DNA of 62,598 bases, the filler included. It is 7 parts of 7 records of this genome, joined end to end, with 100 filler letters (N's around TTAATTAATTAA, not from the genome) between each part and the next. Parts side by side here need not be neighbours in the genome. Positions count along the whole stretch, not along the records: positions 37,984 to 47,304 come from DRR723986_9659; positions 47,405 to 56,417 come from DRR723986_9662; 5 more parts are not named here. One strand, written 5' to 3'. The translations under genes were made by a program, and so were the position numbers. Of this stretch, positions 37,984 to 48,085 are shown piece after piece; the stretch's first letter is position 1; every line of letters starts with the position of its first letter. Under the pieces are notes generated by a model. The model was not told the origin of the DNA. It worked only from the letters and a program-made list of their open reading frames with translations, and made no database searches.

Positions 37984-40597
37984 CCCAAGCCACACGCGGA
38001 CGGGTGGCGATGGCGTCGCCGTTGGTGACCGTCTGGGGAGTGGTTTCCTGCGGGTGCATAACCATGACCACATCGCCGACGCGGTAAATTGGAACTCGGC
38101 CATCTGCCGGAAGTCGCACTGGATCGATCCCCACAATATCCGCGTTCAGCGGTATATAGCTGAAGGCCACGGCGTTATATCGCAGCGTGCTTGTGATCAT
38201 CGGGCGGGGCTTGTAGATGTTACCGTCGCCATCGACCTTGGCCGGGTCATACCACCACTCGTCCTTTTCTTCAGGGGTCAGGCTGGCGTCTGGCACCAGC
38301 TTTCCAAACCTCACGGCGGCGGTACCGAAATTGTAATCCGCAGTTCCCTGCAGCCACTCGTGGATGAACTCGCCATCCTGGTTGGCGGTAGCGATGATCT
38401 GTTCGCCGTCCTCGGCGGTGCCGATGATCTGCAGACTCTCCGGTTTGAGCGGGGCGCTGGGGGTCCTGAAAAATCCTTCTGTGGCTGTCCACTCGCCGTA
38501 GACGGTCAGCAGGCTGGTGACGGTAAAGCCCGCAAGCTGGCCGCCCTCCCAGAACACAATTTCGGCGGAGCCTTCCCCGTAGTTGATGGTGCCAGCGGCC
38601 AGGCCGCTGCCAGTCTCTGGGTCTATATCGGTGACGAGCGAGCCTCCCCGGTCTTCGTAAGTCTTGCCCCCCAGATCGAAGCACACGGAATCCTGAACCA
38701 CGGCATCGGTAATACCTGGAAGCAGTTCAGCGTGTAGCGTTGTGATTTCGTGGATCTCTGAGGCACTATCTGCCGTGGTTGTGACGCTTGCGGCGGTGTA
38801 GTCGGCATGCCCGGGCTTGCTGCTATCGATGGGCATAGCCTCAGCCTGCCCGGTCCATCCAGCCTGGCGATAGCGGTTGCGACTCAAGGTAACGGATGGC
38901 TGCGTGATGGTAATGGTGTTGCCGCTGATCGAGCCGATGGTTTGCTCAGTCGTTACGACGAATACGCCGGTGTTTTCAGCATTTTGCTCCTTCACCACCA
39001 AATTCGTTCCTTCGGCGATGGCGGTGATCTTGGCGTCAATACCGCCCGCCTGGTCTACCACCCAAAAGGCCAACCGAAGGCTGCCTGTGTTGGGCGCGCT
39101 AGAGAGCGTTATAGTGGTGCCCATGGTGACCGACTCACTGGGCTGCAGGGTTTCTCCAGCGTTCACGGCCTTGTTGTAATCGTAGGCAAGGCTGATATTC
39201 GCACCCCGATCCGGCAGGGTCGAAAACTCCAGATATCCCGCGCCGGTGATGGGGTCAATACTGCCTTCGGCATCGCCGCTAAACTCGCCACTGGCGCTGC
39301 AGGTGGCGGTTTGCGTTACGCCGCCGGCGGGCCATGTGGCTGTGATCGACTGGGCATCTACCGGGGTGTTTTCCAGCTTAATCGGTATCCGGACGCTGGA
39401 GGGGTTTAGCGCCTGGCTCCCGCTCCGAACTTCGTAGTGTACCCGGGAGCCATAGGTGTAAATGATCTGGCTGCCCACGTCCGGCAGGGCGCCGGTGGTC
39501 AGCGTCACGTTGCCGGTAACGTAGTCCATCGTACCGGTACCAAATCCCGGATCACTCCCGGAGACTGTGCCATTGCCGTCGTCTGTCAGGGTGTACCAGT
39601 TTCCCTGGGCCATATAAGACACTGAAAAGGCACCGGGGGCGGGGACCGGCGCCAGGGTTTCGATCCAGTTCAGGCGGCGGTTTTCGGCGGTGACCTCTCG
39701 GGCCAGGGTGTGCGCCTGCTGGGCCACGTCAACATCGCGGGCACCCGCATTGATAGTCTGCACCAGCTCCGGGTTCAGAGTACGGTTTGCCAGCGGCTCT
39801 TCGCTTTGTGCAGCAGGCACCAGCTGGGTAAACATCGAGGCGGCCTTCAGATTCTGGTCACCGATACTTGCCCCTGCAGTAAGCGGTTGCGCCCCAAAAT
39901 AACGGGTGGCATCTGCAACGGTAGTATCCCGAAGCCGGGCAGCAGAACCATAGAAGTACTTGTCCTCGGGGTTAACCTGATGCCCGGTGAAGTCGTGCCG
40001 AAGGGCATCTGAAAGATCCATCGACACGATCATCCTCGTGTACTCGCGATCCTTTGCCCCGTCATAAAACGCCTGGATCGTTGAGCTGACATCAATCACA
40101 CGAACGTACTGCTCGATTTCGCTCGGCTCGCCTTCGTTCTGTACCAGGCAGAGTGTTTTGCCTTTTACCGGCAGGTCTGTGCCCTCGCGCTGGATTACAC
40201 GGATTTGCCTCATGCCGGCGATATGGTTCTCGTAGAGCGCGCCGGGCCACATGGGGCCTTTGAACAGATAGGCTTCAACGCGGTTCGCTGCCTGCTCTCG
40301 GGTATCGAACGGGTCGTTGGTGGTGAACAGGGTGTAGCCGATGGCCGGATCTTCCGGCAGGGCCGTCACCACGGTTTTCGCGCCGCCGAACAGGTCGGTG
40401 CTTAGGGTCCGCACGGCCAGAAAGAGCTTCCGCAAATTGAACCGGCCCATGGCCCGGTCCAGGTCGCTGATATCCTCGAAGACGTTGTTCATCACGCCGT
40501 CTGGGATTTCATTACCGGTTGCGGCCCCGCCGCCCTCGGGCACGTCGTCCATAACTTGGGACGCGAGGATCTTGATGTTCTGTTCTTGAATCGGCAT
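37984..40597 (-). CDS. Large phage tail-tip/hub protein, 3'-truncated
   Basis: Second gene after the tape measure gene. Beta-rich, with recurring GTxDYxTG-like units and GIDPVRLPADGRVP. Confidence 0.75.
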
Positions 40598-40600
40598 GAA

Positions 40601-40999
40601 TTACGGCTCCACGGTGATGAATCGGAATGTGGGGATGACCTGGTGATCCGGCCCCGGGTTGATCAGGAAGCGCAGCGGGGCACTTTCGTAGCCCTGACCA
40701 TCGTGATGGCGGAACTGAACCGTGTGGATCTCGCCATGGAAATTCAGCGTTAGCTTTTGCCCCGGAGTGTTATGCCAGGTGATGATCTGGGGTTCCTTGG
40801 TTGCCAGCATCCAGCCGCCCCGGTCCGGCGCCTGCAACGTGATCGGGCGTCCGTACTGGCTGGCGTCTACCATGATGATGGGCTTGCCGGTCACGCTACG
40901 GGTAAAGCTTTGCTCCACGGGCGACCAGTTCCGGTCAGACCATCTGAGGTCTTCGGGCAGCTCTATGGTCGTGGTGTCATCCGAAAGAGTGATGCTCAC
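40601..40999 (-). CDS. Putative distal tail protein
   Basis: Immediately after the tape measure gene; IELPEDLRWSD and GRPITL. Confidence 0.65.
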   Translation of the reverse strand: MSITLSDDTTTIELPEDLRWSDRNWSPVEQSFTRSVTGKPIIMVDASQYGRPITLQAPDRGGWMLATKEPQIITWHNTPGQKLTLNFHGEIHTVQFRHHDGQGYESAPLRFLINPGPDHQVIPTFRFITVEP

Positions 41000-43900
41000 A
41001 GGGCGGTACTCCGTGCTTTCTCCAGTGCCCGCACAAAGGCGTTTTCATCCTCCGCCAATACCCGGAAGCTCTCGCCACCGAGATTGATTTCCAGCGTTTT
41101 GACGGTTTCGACTCGTGCCTGGGTTGTGGTTTGGGTTGGCCTGTTTAGTTCGCGCTCTGCCCGCTGGCGCTCAATCTCTGCCAGCTGCTGGTCACGCGCC
41201 CGATCGGCGGCCTCTTTCTCGCGGGCGTTCTGCTCTTCCCGGCGGTTCTTCTGTTCGATCTGGTAGATCTTTTCGAGGGTGTCCAGGGATTGCTGGTAGT
41301 CGGCAGCGGCCTCATCGGCGCCGGCCTGCCGGGCCTGTTCCAGCTGTTCCTGCAGGCGTTTTCGTTCGGCCTCATATTGGATTCGCTGGGCTTCTTCGGT
41401 GTCGCCCCGGATATCAGCCAGCCGCTGGCGCAGGCTGTTCAGGGTGTTGTCTGCGGTGTCGGTGAGTGACTGCAGTTTCTGCTTGGCGGAGTCGATGGCG
41501 CTTTGCAGGCCGCTGAGGCGTTGCTTGTCCAAAACATCAAAACGGGTGGCGGCGGTTTCGCTCAGGCCGTTGAGCTGGCCAAAGCTGAAGCTGCCGGATT
41601 CAATCTTCTCCTGCAGGTTCTCCATGGCCACGGCCTGGGACCAGAACTTTTCCTCTACCTCGGCGGCGGCCAGGGCGGTATCGGCGAACCATGCCGCGAG
41701 GCTGCTGGACATTAATCGACGGCGGGCGGATGCCAGTTCATCCGTGCGCTGGCGAGCCCGCTCGAGGGCATCAGCGGCTGATTCGCTCTCTGTAACGAAG
41801 GCGTTTCCGCCGATCTTCATCTCGAACAAGTTTCGGGCCGAGGTTGATAGCGCGGTCACTTGTTCGCGGGCGTTGGAGATTGCCTTTGCAAAGGCAGCAC
41901 CCCAGACATCTCGAAATTTGTTTCGTGCTTCCTCGGCGGCTGCAGCTGCGTCCTCGGTCTTGTCCTTGACTTTATCAATCCCAGCTCCAGCATTGTCGGC
42001 GTCATCCGGCACCTCTTCGAGGCCAAAATCAATATCAAGCCCCATCACCTGAAGCAATTTCTGACGAATTGTTTCCAGCGCCGCATTGGCGCCTTCAGCG
42101 CCAATTTCACCAGCTTCCTTTAGGCCTTTGATTTTTTCCTGAAGAGCGGTGAGCCCTTCTTTGCTGTTAACGGCAGCAATGGCCTCAGCGAACCCAGTCT
42201 CGAATGCTTTGGCAGACTCTTCGCTTGCAAGCCCAGCCTCTTTGATCTTGGCTGCCAACCGGCCAACGTCATCAATGGCTTCTTGCGCTTCCGTGGTGAT
42301 GCCCGTCATCACCTCTTTGATGTCGACGCCATAGTCAGCCAGGCCGCGGCGGGCGTCTTCGGTGGCACGTTGCTGCTTTCGCATTGAGGCTTCTGCTGCG
42401 TCGCCAGCAGTTTTCATGTTTTCAGCGAGGGTTGTTAGGGTGCCAATACCCCCTTCAGCTTCCTCTTTGAGCTTCTTGCTTGACGCTGCAGCATTATCAA
42501 ACGCACCAACAACACCTTTCCCAGCTTCCACCGCCTGGCGGCCGTATTCGGCGGTTTGCTTGCCAAGCTCTACCACGGTTTCGCGCGCTGCGTCGGCCTT
42601 GGCGCTGATGCTGTTCATGGTCTCGTCGCTGACGAGGCCCACCTTATTCATAGCAACAGCCAGGCCCTCCGCTATGCTAAGAACAGTCGCAAAGCTACCA
42701 GCCACCAATGTGGCCCAGCCAGACACAATGGTTTGCAGGCCACGAAATACAGCTATAGCGCCACTGGCGCCGGCCTGGATGGTGTCCCAAAGGGTGCCGA
42801 ACCCAGCAGAGATACTCTCGGAGTTCTCCACCAGTTTGACCGCCATATCGGCGCCCCAGGTAGTGATGCGCCTGAATATGTCGATCAGCTTTTCACCGGT
42901 TTCGTTCTGATCGAATAGCTTGACGACTTTATCCGTTGCATCTGCAACGGCCGGTGCCAGCTCCGCGCCAATTCGGCGCGTCATACCCTGGATCTTGATG
43001 GTGATGGAGTTGTAAATGTCATTCGCACGAAGGAGCTTGTCGAGCTCCTCCTCGGAATAGATTGCTCCTGCTTGTGCTGCTTCCTCGGCAATGGCTCGCA
43101 GCCCTGCAGCGTTATCCTCGAGGAGCGGCTGCAGTTGACTGGCATCGCTTCCGAGTTTTTCCAGGAGGGCAACCTGTTCAGCCTTGGGCAGGCTTTCGAT
43201 GGCGGCTGCAAACTTGAGCATTTGCTCATCCGGGGCTAGACCTTCAAAGTCCTCGATTTGTAGGTTAAGGCGCTCCATCACCTGGGCCGCCTCGCCACCT
43301 CCGTTGGCGGCGAACTCGCCCAGCCGCTCCGTCACGCTGCGCAGAATATCGGTGACCTTTTCACCTGTGAGACCAACACGTTCACCTGCAACCTGCCAGA
43401 CCTGCAGGGCTTCACGGTTTACGCCAATGGCGTTGCTGGTGTTGGTGATCTCGTCGGCAAGGGATGCCTGGCTACGGGAGAAAACGGTGAGCGTGGCAGC
43501 TGATGCACCGATACTGGCGACCAGCGCAGTGGCACCAGCGGCCACGGCTTTGAGCCCTGTGCCGAGCTTACTCAGGAGGCCGCTGGATTTATCAGCTTTC
43601 TCACCGAGGTCTTCGGCACTTTCTGCGGCCTCCCCCGTTCCAGCAGCGGCCCTTTGGGCACTATCCCGCATCTGGGACAATTCACTGGTGAGCTCGGCGG
43701 CTTCCGTGTTTACCCCGTCCAGTTCTTTCTTGATGCGGACCTGCTCGCCGGCAAGGTCTCTGGTACTGATTCCAGCGCCTTCGAGCTTACCCCTGAGTTC
43801 ATTCAGCTGCTGGTTGTTTGAGATCCAGGCTTCGTCTGCACCCCTGGCCGCTTTCTTAGCGCGCTCAAATTCCTGGGCTTGTGCTCGGGTAGGGCTTTCC

Positions 43901-44229
43901 GTTTGGGCGAGAGCTTTGCCCAGTTCGGTTGCTCGGGCTTTTGCCGCCTGTTGCTGTTCCGCCAGCTCTTTGGTTTCCCGCTTGAGCTCGGCAAACTGAG
44001 TGATGAGTCCCTGCTGTTCCCGGAGTTCAGTCAGGCGGCCCGCCAGCGCTTGCATTTCTTCTGAGGTTTTCCCCAGTCCTTCGCGCAAGGTGGCGGAATT
44101 GTCGGGCAGTTCCACACGGCCAGATTTTTCCAACTCTTGCAGGTCGCCGATTAAGCCCTGAACGTTCTTAAGCCCATCGACGGCTGCAGAAATCAGTAGG
44201 TTGACGCGCTCGTCATTTCCTCCGGCCAT
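40996..44229 (-). CDS. Tail tape measure protein (1077 aa)
   Basis: Long A/E/G/K-rich helical coiled-coil protein between the tail tube and tail tip genes. Confidence 0.92.
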   Translation of the reverse strand: MAGGNDERVNLLISAAVDGLKNVQGLIGDLQELEKSGRVELPDNSATLREGLGKTSEEMQALAGRLTELREQQGLITQFAELKRETKELAEQQQAAKARATELGKALAQTESPTRAQAQEFERAKKAARGADEAWISNNQQLNELRGKLEGAGISTRDLAGEQVRIKKELDGVNTEAAELTSELSQMRDSAQRAAAGTGEAAESAEDLGEKADKSSGLLSKLGTGLKAVAAGATALVASIGASAATLTVFSRSQASLADEITNTSNAIGVNREALQVWQVAGERVGLTGEKVTDILRSVTERLGEFAANGGGEAAQVMERLNLQIEDFEGLAPDEQMLKFAAAIESLPKAEQVALLEKLGSDASQLQPLLEDNAAGLRAIAEEAAQAGAIYSEEELDKLLRANDIYNSITIKIQGMTRRIGAELAPAVADATDKVVKLFDQNETGEKLIDIFRRITTWGADMAVKLVENSESISAGFGTLWDTIQAGASGAIAVFRGLQTIVSGWATLVAGSFATVLSIAEGLAVAMNKVGLVSDETMNSISAKADAARETVVELGKQTAEYGRQAVEAGKGVVGAFDNAAASSKKLKEEAEGGIGTLTTLAENMKTAGDAAEASMRKQQRATEDARRGLADYGVDIKEVMTGITTEAQEAIDDVGRLAAKIKEAGLASEESAKAFETGFAEAIAAVNSKEGLTALQEKIKGLKEAGEIGAEGANAALETIRQKLLQVMGLDIDFGLEEVPDDADNAGAGIDKVKDKTEDAAAAAEEARNKFRDVWGAAFAKAISNAREQVTALSTSARNLFEMKIGGNAFVTESESAADALERARQRTDELASARRRLMSSSLAAWFADTALAAAEVEEKFWSQAVAMENLQEKIESGSFSFGQLNGLSETAATRFDVLDKQRLSGLQSAIDSAKQKLQSLTDTADNTLNSLRQRLADIRGDTEEAQRIQYEAERKRLQEQLEQARQAGADEAAADYQQSLDTLEKIYQIEQKNRREEQNAREKEAADRARDQQLAEIERQRAERELNRPTQTTTQARVETVKTLEINLGGESFRVLAEDENAFVRALEKARSTAL

Positions 44230-44250
44230 GTGGTTTCATTGCCTCCCCGC

Positions 44251-45183
44251 TTAGATCATCGCCATTTCGACAAACTTGCTTAGGCCAGCGCCGGTGCGGG
44301 TGTCGTCAGACAGCACGGTTCCGGAAAGCGTAAGCTCGGCGAAGTCATCACCGCCGTGGCGCTGGAAACCGGACGTCGGCGACAGCTTCACACGGAAGTA
44401 AGTGGCGTGCAGCGGGTTACCGCTATCTACGGAGTTCAGGCCTTCCCAGCGCAATTCGAACACCTGCTGAGATGCTGCCAGCGCCTGGATCAGGTACTGC
44501 GGGTTACGCTCGTAGGTGGCCTTGAGCGGCACCATGGTTTCATCGTCTGGGTAGGCGATATTCACTGGGGTGTCTTTAACACGGATGCCGTGCGGGGTGC
44601 GGTCGTAGTCATCACCAGCAACGAGAGCGGCTTTGCCGATGTGCTGCCAAACAACGGTGCCATCGGTGACCGTGCCGTTTGCGGTCGGCCATGTTGGTTC
44701 GGTTGCACCCGTTTCGCCGCCAGTTGTGGCCAGATAGGCCTCAGTGGCGTCAACCAGCACAGCGCCTGCTGCAACCGCGGTTGTAGCTGTCCATGTGGTG
44801 TCGTCGGCCACGGCGATGCTGACAGCCTGATCCGGATCGGGCAGGTAGCGAAAGCCGACTCGGGTGCCAGACCAGGACTCAACCACTTCATCGGTCACAG
44901 ACTGAGCGCCGATCTTTTCGAGGTTGGCCAGGAAGCCCGCCGCGATGTTCTTTGGCGTGATGTCGTTACAGGTGGCCTCGAAGGTGAAGCTGGAGACGTT
45001 CTCGTCTACGTCGAGTTCACCGCCAGCGGCTGTGGTGAAGTCCTGCCGGGACTGGCGATCTACTTCTATCGATTCGGTAAAGTTGGTGACGTTCCCCAGC
45101 TCAAACGGACGGCCCCCGCCAATCGGCTTGAGGATGAAACGGCCGCGGCCTTTGTAACCGCGTGTGGTTGATTGCAAGGACAT
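44251..45183 (-). CDS. Major tail (tube) protein with internal insertion
   Basis: YKGRGRF...LGNV, EGLNSVDSG and DDFAELTLSGTVLSD. Follows the tail terminator gene. Confidence 0.82.
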   Translation of the reverse strand: MSLQSTTRGYKGRGRFILKPIGGGRPFELGNVTNFTESIEVDRQSRQDFTTAAGGELDVDENVSSFTFEATCNDITPKNIAAGFLANLEKIGAQSVTDEVVESWSGTRVGFRYLPDPDQAVSIAVADDTTWTATTAVAAGAVLVDATEAYLATTGGETGATEPTWPTANGTVTDGTVVWQHIGKAALVAGDDYDRTPHGIRVKDTPVNIAYPDDETMVPLKATYERNPQYLIQALAASQQVFELRWEGLNSVDSGNPLHATYFRVKLSPTSGFQRHGGDDFAELTLSGTVLSDDTRTGAGLSKFVEMAMI

Positions 45184-45187
45184 GGCA

Positions 45188-45643
45188 TTACCCCTCGGTT
45201 TTGTTCAGCGGGTAGCTGATGGTGATGGTGTGCGTGACACCAGCGGTGTTTGATCCAGATTCCGGGTGGACATAATCGCCACCGGATATTGTGACTTCGG
45301 TTGTGCCTGGTAGCTCATCGATGCCCAGCAGTGTCGCCAGGGCCAGAGTGATGTCTTCATCCAGGCTGTCGAGCTCTGGCTCGTAGTCGCGGGCATCTGC
45401 GTCTACCAGGCCGGTTACCAGCACCTCCCGGGACTTGATCACTGTGCGTGGCTTGGCCCGGGTTGGCGTGTTGGACGACGTGCTCACGGAGATCATGGGC
45501 AAGTCGGATTTCTCAATCTTCAACGACTCTGGGCGGCCCCGGGTGACGCTGGCGCCCGCGTTGGTTTGGTAGCCGCCAGCGGTTTTGATTGTTTGGAGCT
45601 CGCTGATGATGCGATCCACCAGCTCTGTGCCGCGCGCTGTCAT
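45188..45643 (-). CDS. Tail terminator/completion protein
   Basis: LQTIKTAGGYQTNAG; acidic 151-aa protein just before the tail tube gene. Confidence 0.7.
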   Translation of the reverse strand: MTARGTELVDRIISELQTIKTAGGYQTNAGASVTRGRPESLKIEKSDLPMISVSTSSNTPTRAKPRTVIKSREVLVTGLVDADARDYEPELDSLDEDITLALATLLGIDELPGTTEVTISGGDYVHPESGSNTAGVTHTITISYPLNKTEG

Positions 45644-46251
45644 TAGCGGGACTCCTTGCTCATGGCGTAATTGAGTTGCCGGCGAAACTCTGCAGCCAGA
45701 TCACGGCGGATCTGTGGGCGAATCTCCTCGCGAACATCTCTGAATACTTGGTCAACAGATGGGCCGTACATGTGCTTGATGTCATCTTTGCCGGGGCCGA
45801 AACGGATGAACATTCCCATCCAGCCATTAGTCTTCAGTGGCAACAGAAACGCCTTGCGATGCTTGCGCCGGCTCTCGCTTCGCCTGACATGAACAGAGAC
45901 ACCTGCCTGCTTCTTACCCGAGGGAATCCCTCTTGATCTGTCGCCAGCCGCTTTGCGTGCTGTTTTCAGCATCTGCTTTGCTCCGTAACGAGCAAGGCGA
46001 GTTGGGCGCTTCCTACCGCTGATAACAGCTTCAGGGTTCTGGCGGGTCGCTTTCTTTGTAATCGTGAGGTTTTCGTTCACGTAGGCTGCGGGCAATCTGA
46101 TCTGCTGACGGATGTTTTTGCTGGCAGCCGTGCGGTTTTTGGACGCTACGCGGTTAACCGTACGGAACTGAGCTGTTTCAACCGCTTTGATAATTGCGGC
46201 AACTTTCTTTCGTGCCTGTGCGATTTCGCTGGCGTTTATTCGCAACGTCAT
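45643..46251 (-). CDS. Minor tail protein Z-like (lambda gpZ)
   Basis: Very basic 202-aa protein with RTVNR, KAFL and YGPSVDQVF. Confidence 0.78.
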   Translation of the reverse strand: MTLRINASEIAQARKKVAAIIKAVETAQFRTVNRVASKNRTAASKNIRQQIRLPAAYVNENLTITKKATRQNPEAVISGRKRPTRLARYGAKQMLKTARKAAGDRSRGIPSGKKQAGVSVHVRRSESRRKHRKAFLLPLKTNGWMGMFIRFGPGKDDIKHMYGPSVDQVFRDVREEIRPQIRRDLAAEFRRQLNYAMSKESR

Positions 46252-46532
46252 CTCAGCACCACCTTGGTCATCGCGTCGTCTTTGGCAGCCATAAGCTGAT
46301 CGACTTTGTAAGTCTTATTCCGGATAACCACCGGCTGGCCTTGCTGGATTGCCGGGACCTCGTCAGGAAGCACTGATACGGTTGTGCGGCTCTCAAATAC
46401 TGGGTCATAGGCTCCGAGCTCTACCAGCTCATTTGCCACGATTCCCCGGGCCGGCTGTCCCGCGAATGTGATGTTCTCGCCAAACATATCGATACAGATT
46501 TCAGCGGTTTCTCGGGCCAGATCAATTGCCAT
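46248..46532 (-). CDS. Head-tail joining protein (gpFII-like)
   Basis: 94-aa beta-rich protein (MFGE...KTYKVD...TKVVL) upstream of the gpZ-like gene. Confidence 0.65.
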   Translation of the reverse strand: MAIDLARETAEICIDMFGENITFAGQPARGIVANELVELGAYDPVFESRTTVSVLPDEVPAIQQGQPVVIRNKTYKVDQLMAAKDDAMTKVVLR

Positions 46533-46791
46533 TGCTGCGGCCCTCGATCAGTCGGTCGAGTTTTGAGTTGATTAGCCGGAGGTCGGTTTTGAGTTCGTCG
46601 AACTTCTTCTCACTCCGCTGCTGGTCAGAGAGCCGGGACTGCTGCAGCACTTGCACAGAGCTCTCTACAAGGGCAATCCTCTCGTCTTGCTTTGCTTGAT
46701 CTCGAGAGATGCTTACCGCCAGCACGATCACCGTTATGATGACCGCGATAGGAATGCCCTTATCAACATGCCAGCCTCTGCGATCTGCCAT
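46522..46791 (-). CDS. Holin-like single-TM/coiled-coil protein
   Basis: MADRRGWHVDKGIPIAVIITVIVLAVSI followed by a coiled coil. Directly after the lysozyme; an alternative GTG at 46800 overlaps its stop. Confidence 0.55.
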   Translation of the reverse strand: MADRRGWHVDKGIPIAVIITVIVLAVSISRDQAKQDERIALVESSVQVLQQSRLSDQQRSEKKFDELKTDLRLINSKLDRLIEGRSNGN

Positions 46792-46796
46792 ATCCG

Positions 46797-47216
46797 TCAC
46801 CGCTGCACCTCGCCAGTCCGCATGATCTGGGCTAGCTCCTGGGCGCGTCTGCCCACTTGTCGGTGCCACTTCGAATCGAGCATTTGGCGGGCAGCTTCGT
46901 TGTAATCCTCCCGGGCAATGGCACTCCACATTTTTTTGAACTTCATCAGGCCATAGAACCCCAGGTTGAAGCCCATGTTGACCAGAACGGTCTGACGAAG
47001 CGGATCCAGCGCCTGGTATTCATCAACCGTCTTCAGTTGACCCTCAATCATGTCGATGTCGTTATCGAGCATGAAATCTGCCTCATCACGACTGACGCCA
47101 ATATCGTCAAGGTTGCGGCCGTACCCGACAGTCAACTTACCTACGGTGTCCCGGTAGGGTTTCAGACGCAGGCCTTCGTGCCTTTCGAGTTGTGATCTGA
47201 GTAGTTGCCGGTCCAT
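46797..47216 (-). CDS. Phage lysozyme (GH24) endolysin
   Basis: HEGLRLKPYRDTVGKLTVGYGRNL (E-x8-D-x5-T), NMGFNLG and SKWHRQVGRRA. Confidence 0.93.
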   Translation of the reverse strand: MDRQLLRSQLERHEGLRLKPYRDTVGKLTVGYGRNLDDIGVSRDEADFMLDNDIDMIEGQLKTVDEYQALDPLRQTVLVNMGFNLGFYGLMKFKKMWSAIAREDYNEAARQMLDSKWHRQVGRRAQELAQIMRTGEVQR

Positions 47217-47404
47217 ATTGGTCTCGTGTTTTAACCATGATCTTTATTCAGCACCCCGCCGTAGCAGGATGCTGTAAAAGCACATTGGTCAGGCGCTGAG
47301 GCGCNNNNNNNNNNNNNNNNNNNNNNNNNNNNNNNNNNNNNNNNNNNNTTAATTAATTAANNNNNNNNNNNNNNNNNNNNNNNNNNNNNNNNNNNNNNNN
47401 NNNN

Positions 47405-47915
47405 GATCGGCGAAGTCATGGGGCTGATCCGCGACATTGCCAACCAGACCAATCTGCTGGCGCTGAACGCGACCATCGAGGCTGCCCGCGCGGGCGAAGC
47501 AGGCAAGGGGTTTGCGGTGGTTGCTGCCGAAGTGAAGCAGCTTGCCGACCAGACCTCGAAAGCCACCGAGGATATCGCGACCCAGATCGAGGCCATCCAG
47601 GGGTCTTCCGGTCAGGCGGTCCAGGCGATCGAGGACGTCAACCGGATCATCTCCGACATGGAAGGCCTTGCCTCGGCTGTGGCGTCGGCCGTGCAGCAGC
47701 AGGACGAAGCCGTTCAGGCGATCTCGCACAACGTTTCCAGTGCCTCGGCGCGGTCCGAACAAGGGGTGTCGAGCATGGAGGCCGTCGGTTCGGCTGCCGA
47801 GCTTGCACGGTCCAACGGTTCCGAAGTGGAGCACCTCGCAGAATCGCTTGGCGAGCAGGGCGCGTTGATCCGGCAGGAAGTTGCCGAATTCCTGCAGGGC
47901 GTGCGCAGCGCCTGA
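47405..47915 (+). CDS. Methyl-accepting chemotaxis protein, C-terminal part
   Basis: [34 protein letters not shown]. Confidence 0.96.
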
Positions 47916-47952
47916 TCCCGAACCGGACAGCTTGAAACAAAGAAAATCGAAA

Positions 47953-47982
47953 AAACGCCGTGTCCGCACCGACGCGGCGTTT
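47953..47982 (+). terminator. Hairpin/terminator after the MCP gene
   Basis: AAACGCCGTGTC...GACGCGGCGTTT. Confidence 0.65.
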
Positions 47983-48085
47983 CGCCATTCTGGCGGCCTG
48001 CGTTTCTTCGTGCTAGCCATGCACTCAAACGATCGGCCGGCACACCATCCGCCGGACCGGCCAAGCGCAAAGAGGGCGAAGCGGA

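Larger units (their letters stand above)
37984..47304 (-). mobile_element. Siphovirus (pro)phage lysis/neck/tail module
   Basis: Tightly coupled co-oriented genes: lysozyme, holin-like, head-tail joining, gpZ-like, tail terminator, tail tube, tape measure, distal tail-like and large tail tip. No sheath gene. Confidence 0.93.

Noticed and set aside
47289-47304. End of an upstream phage gene (...RLSA*), possibly a capsid decoration protein
   Set aside because: Only four codons are visible, too little to call.
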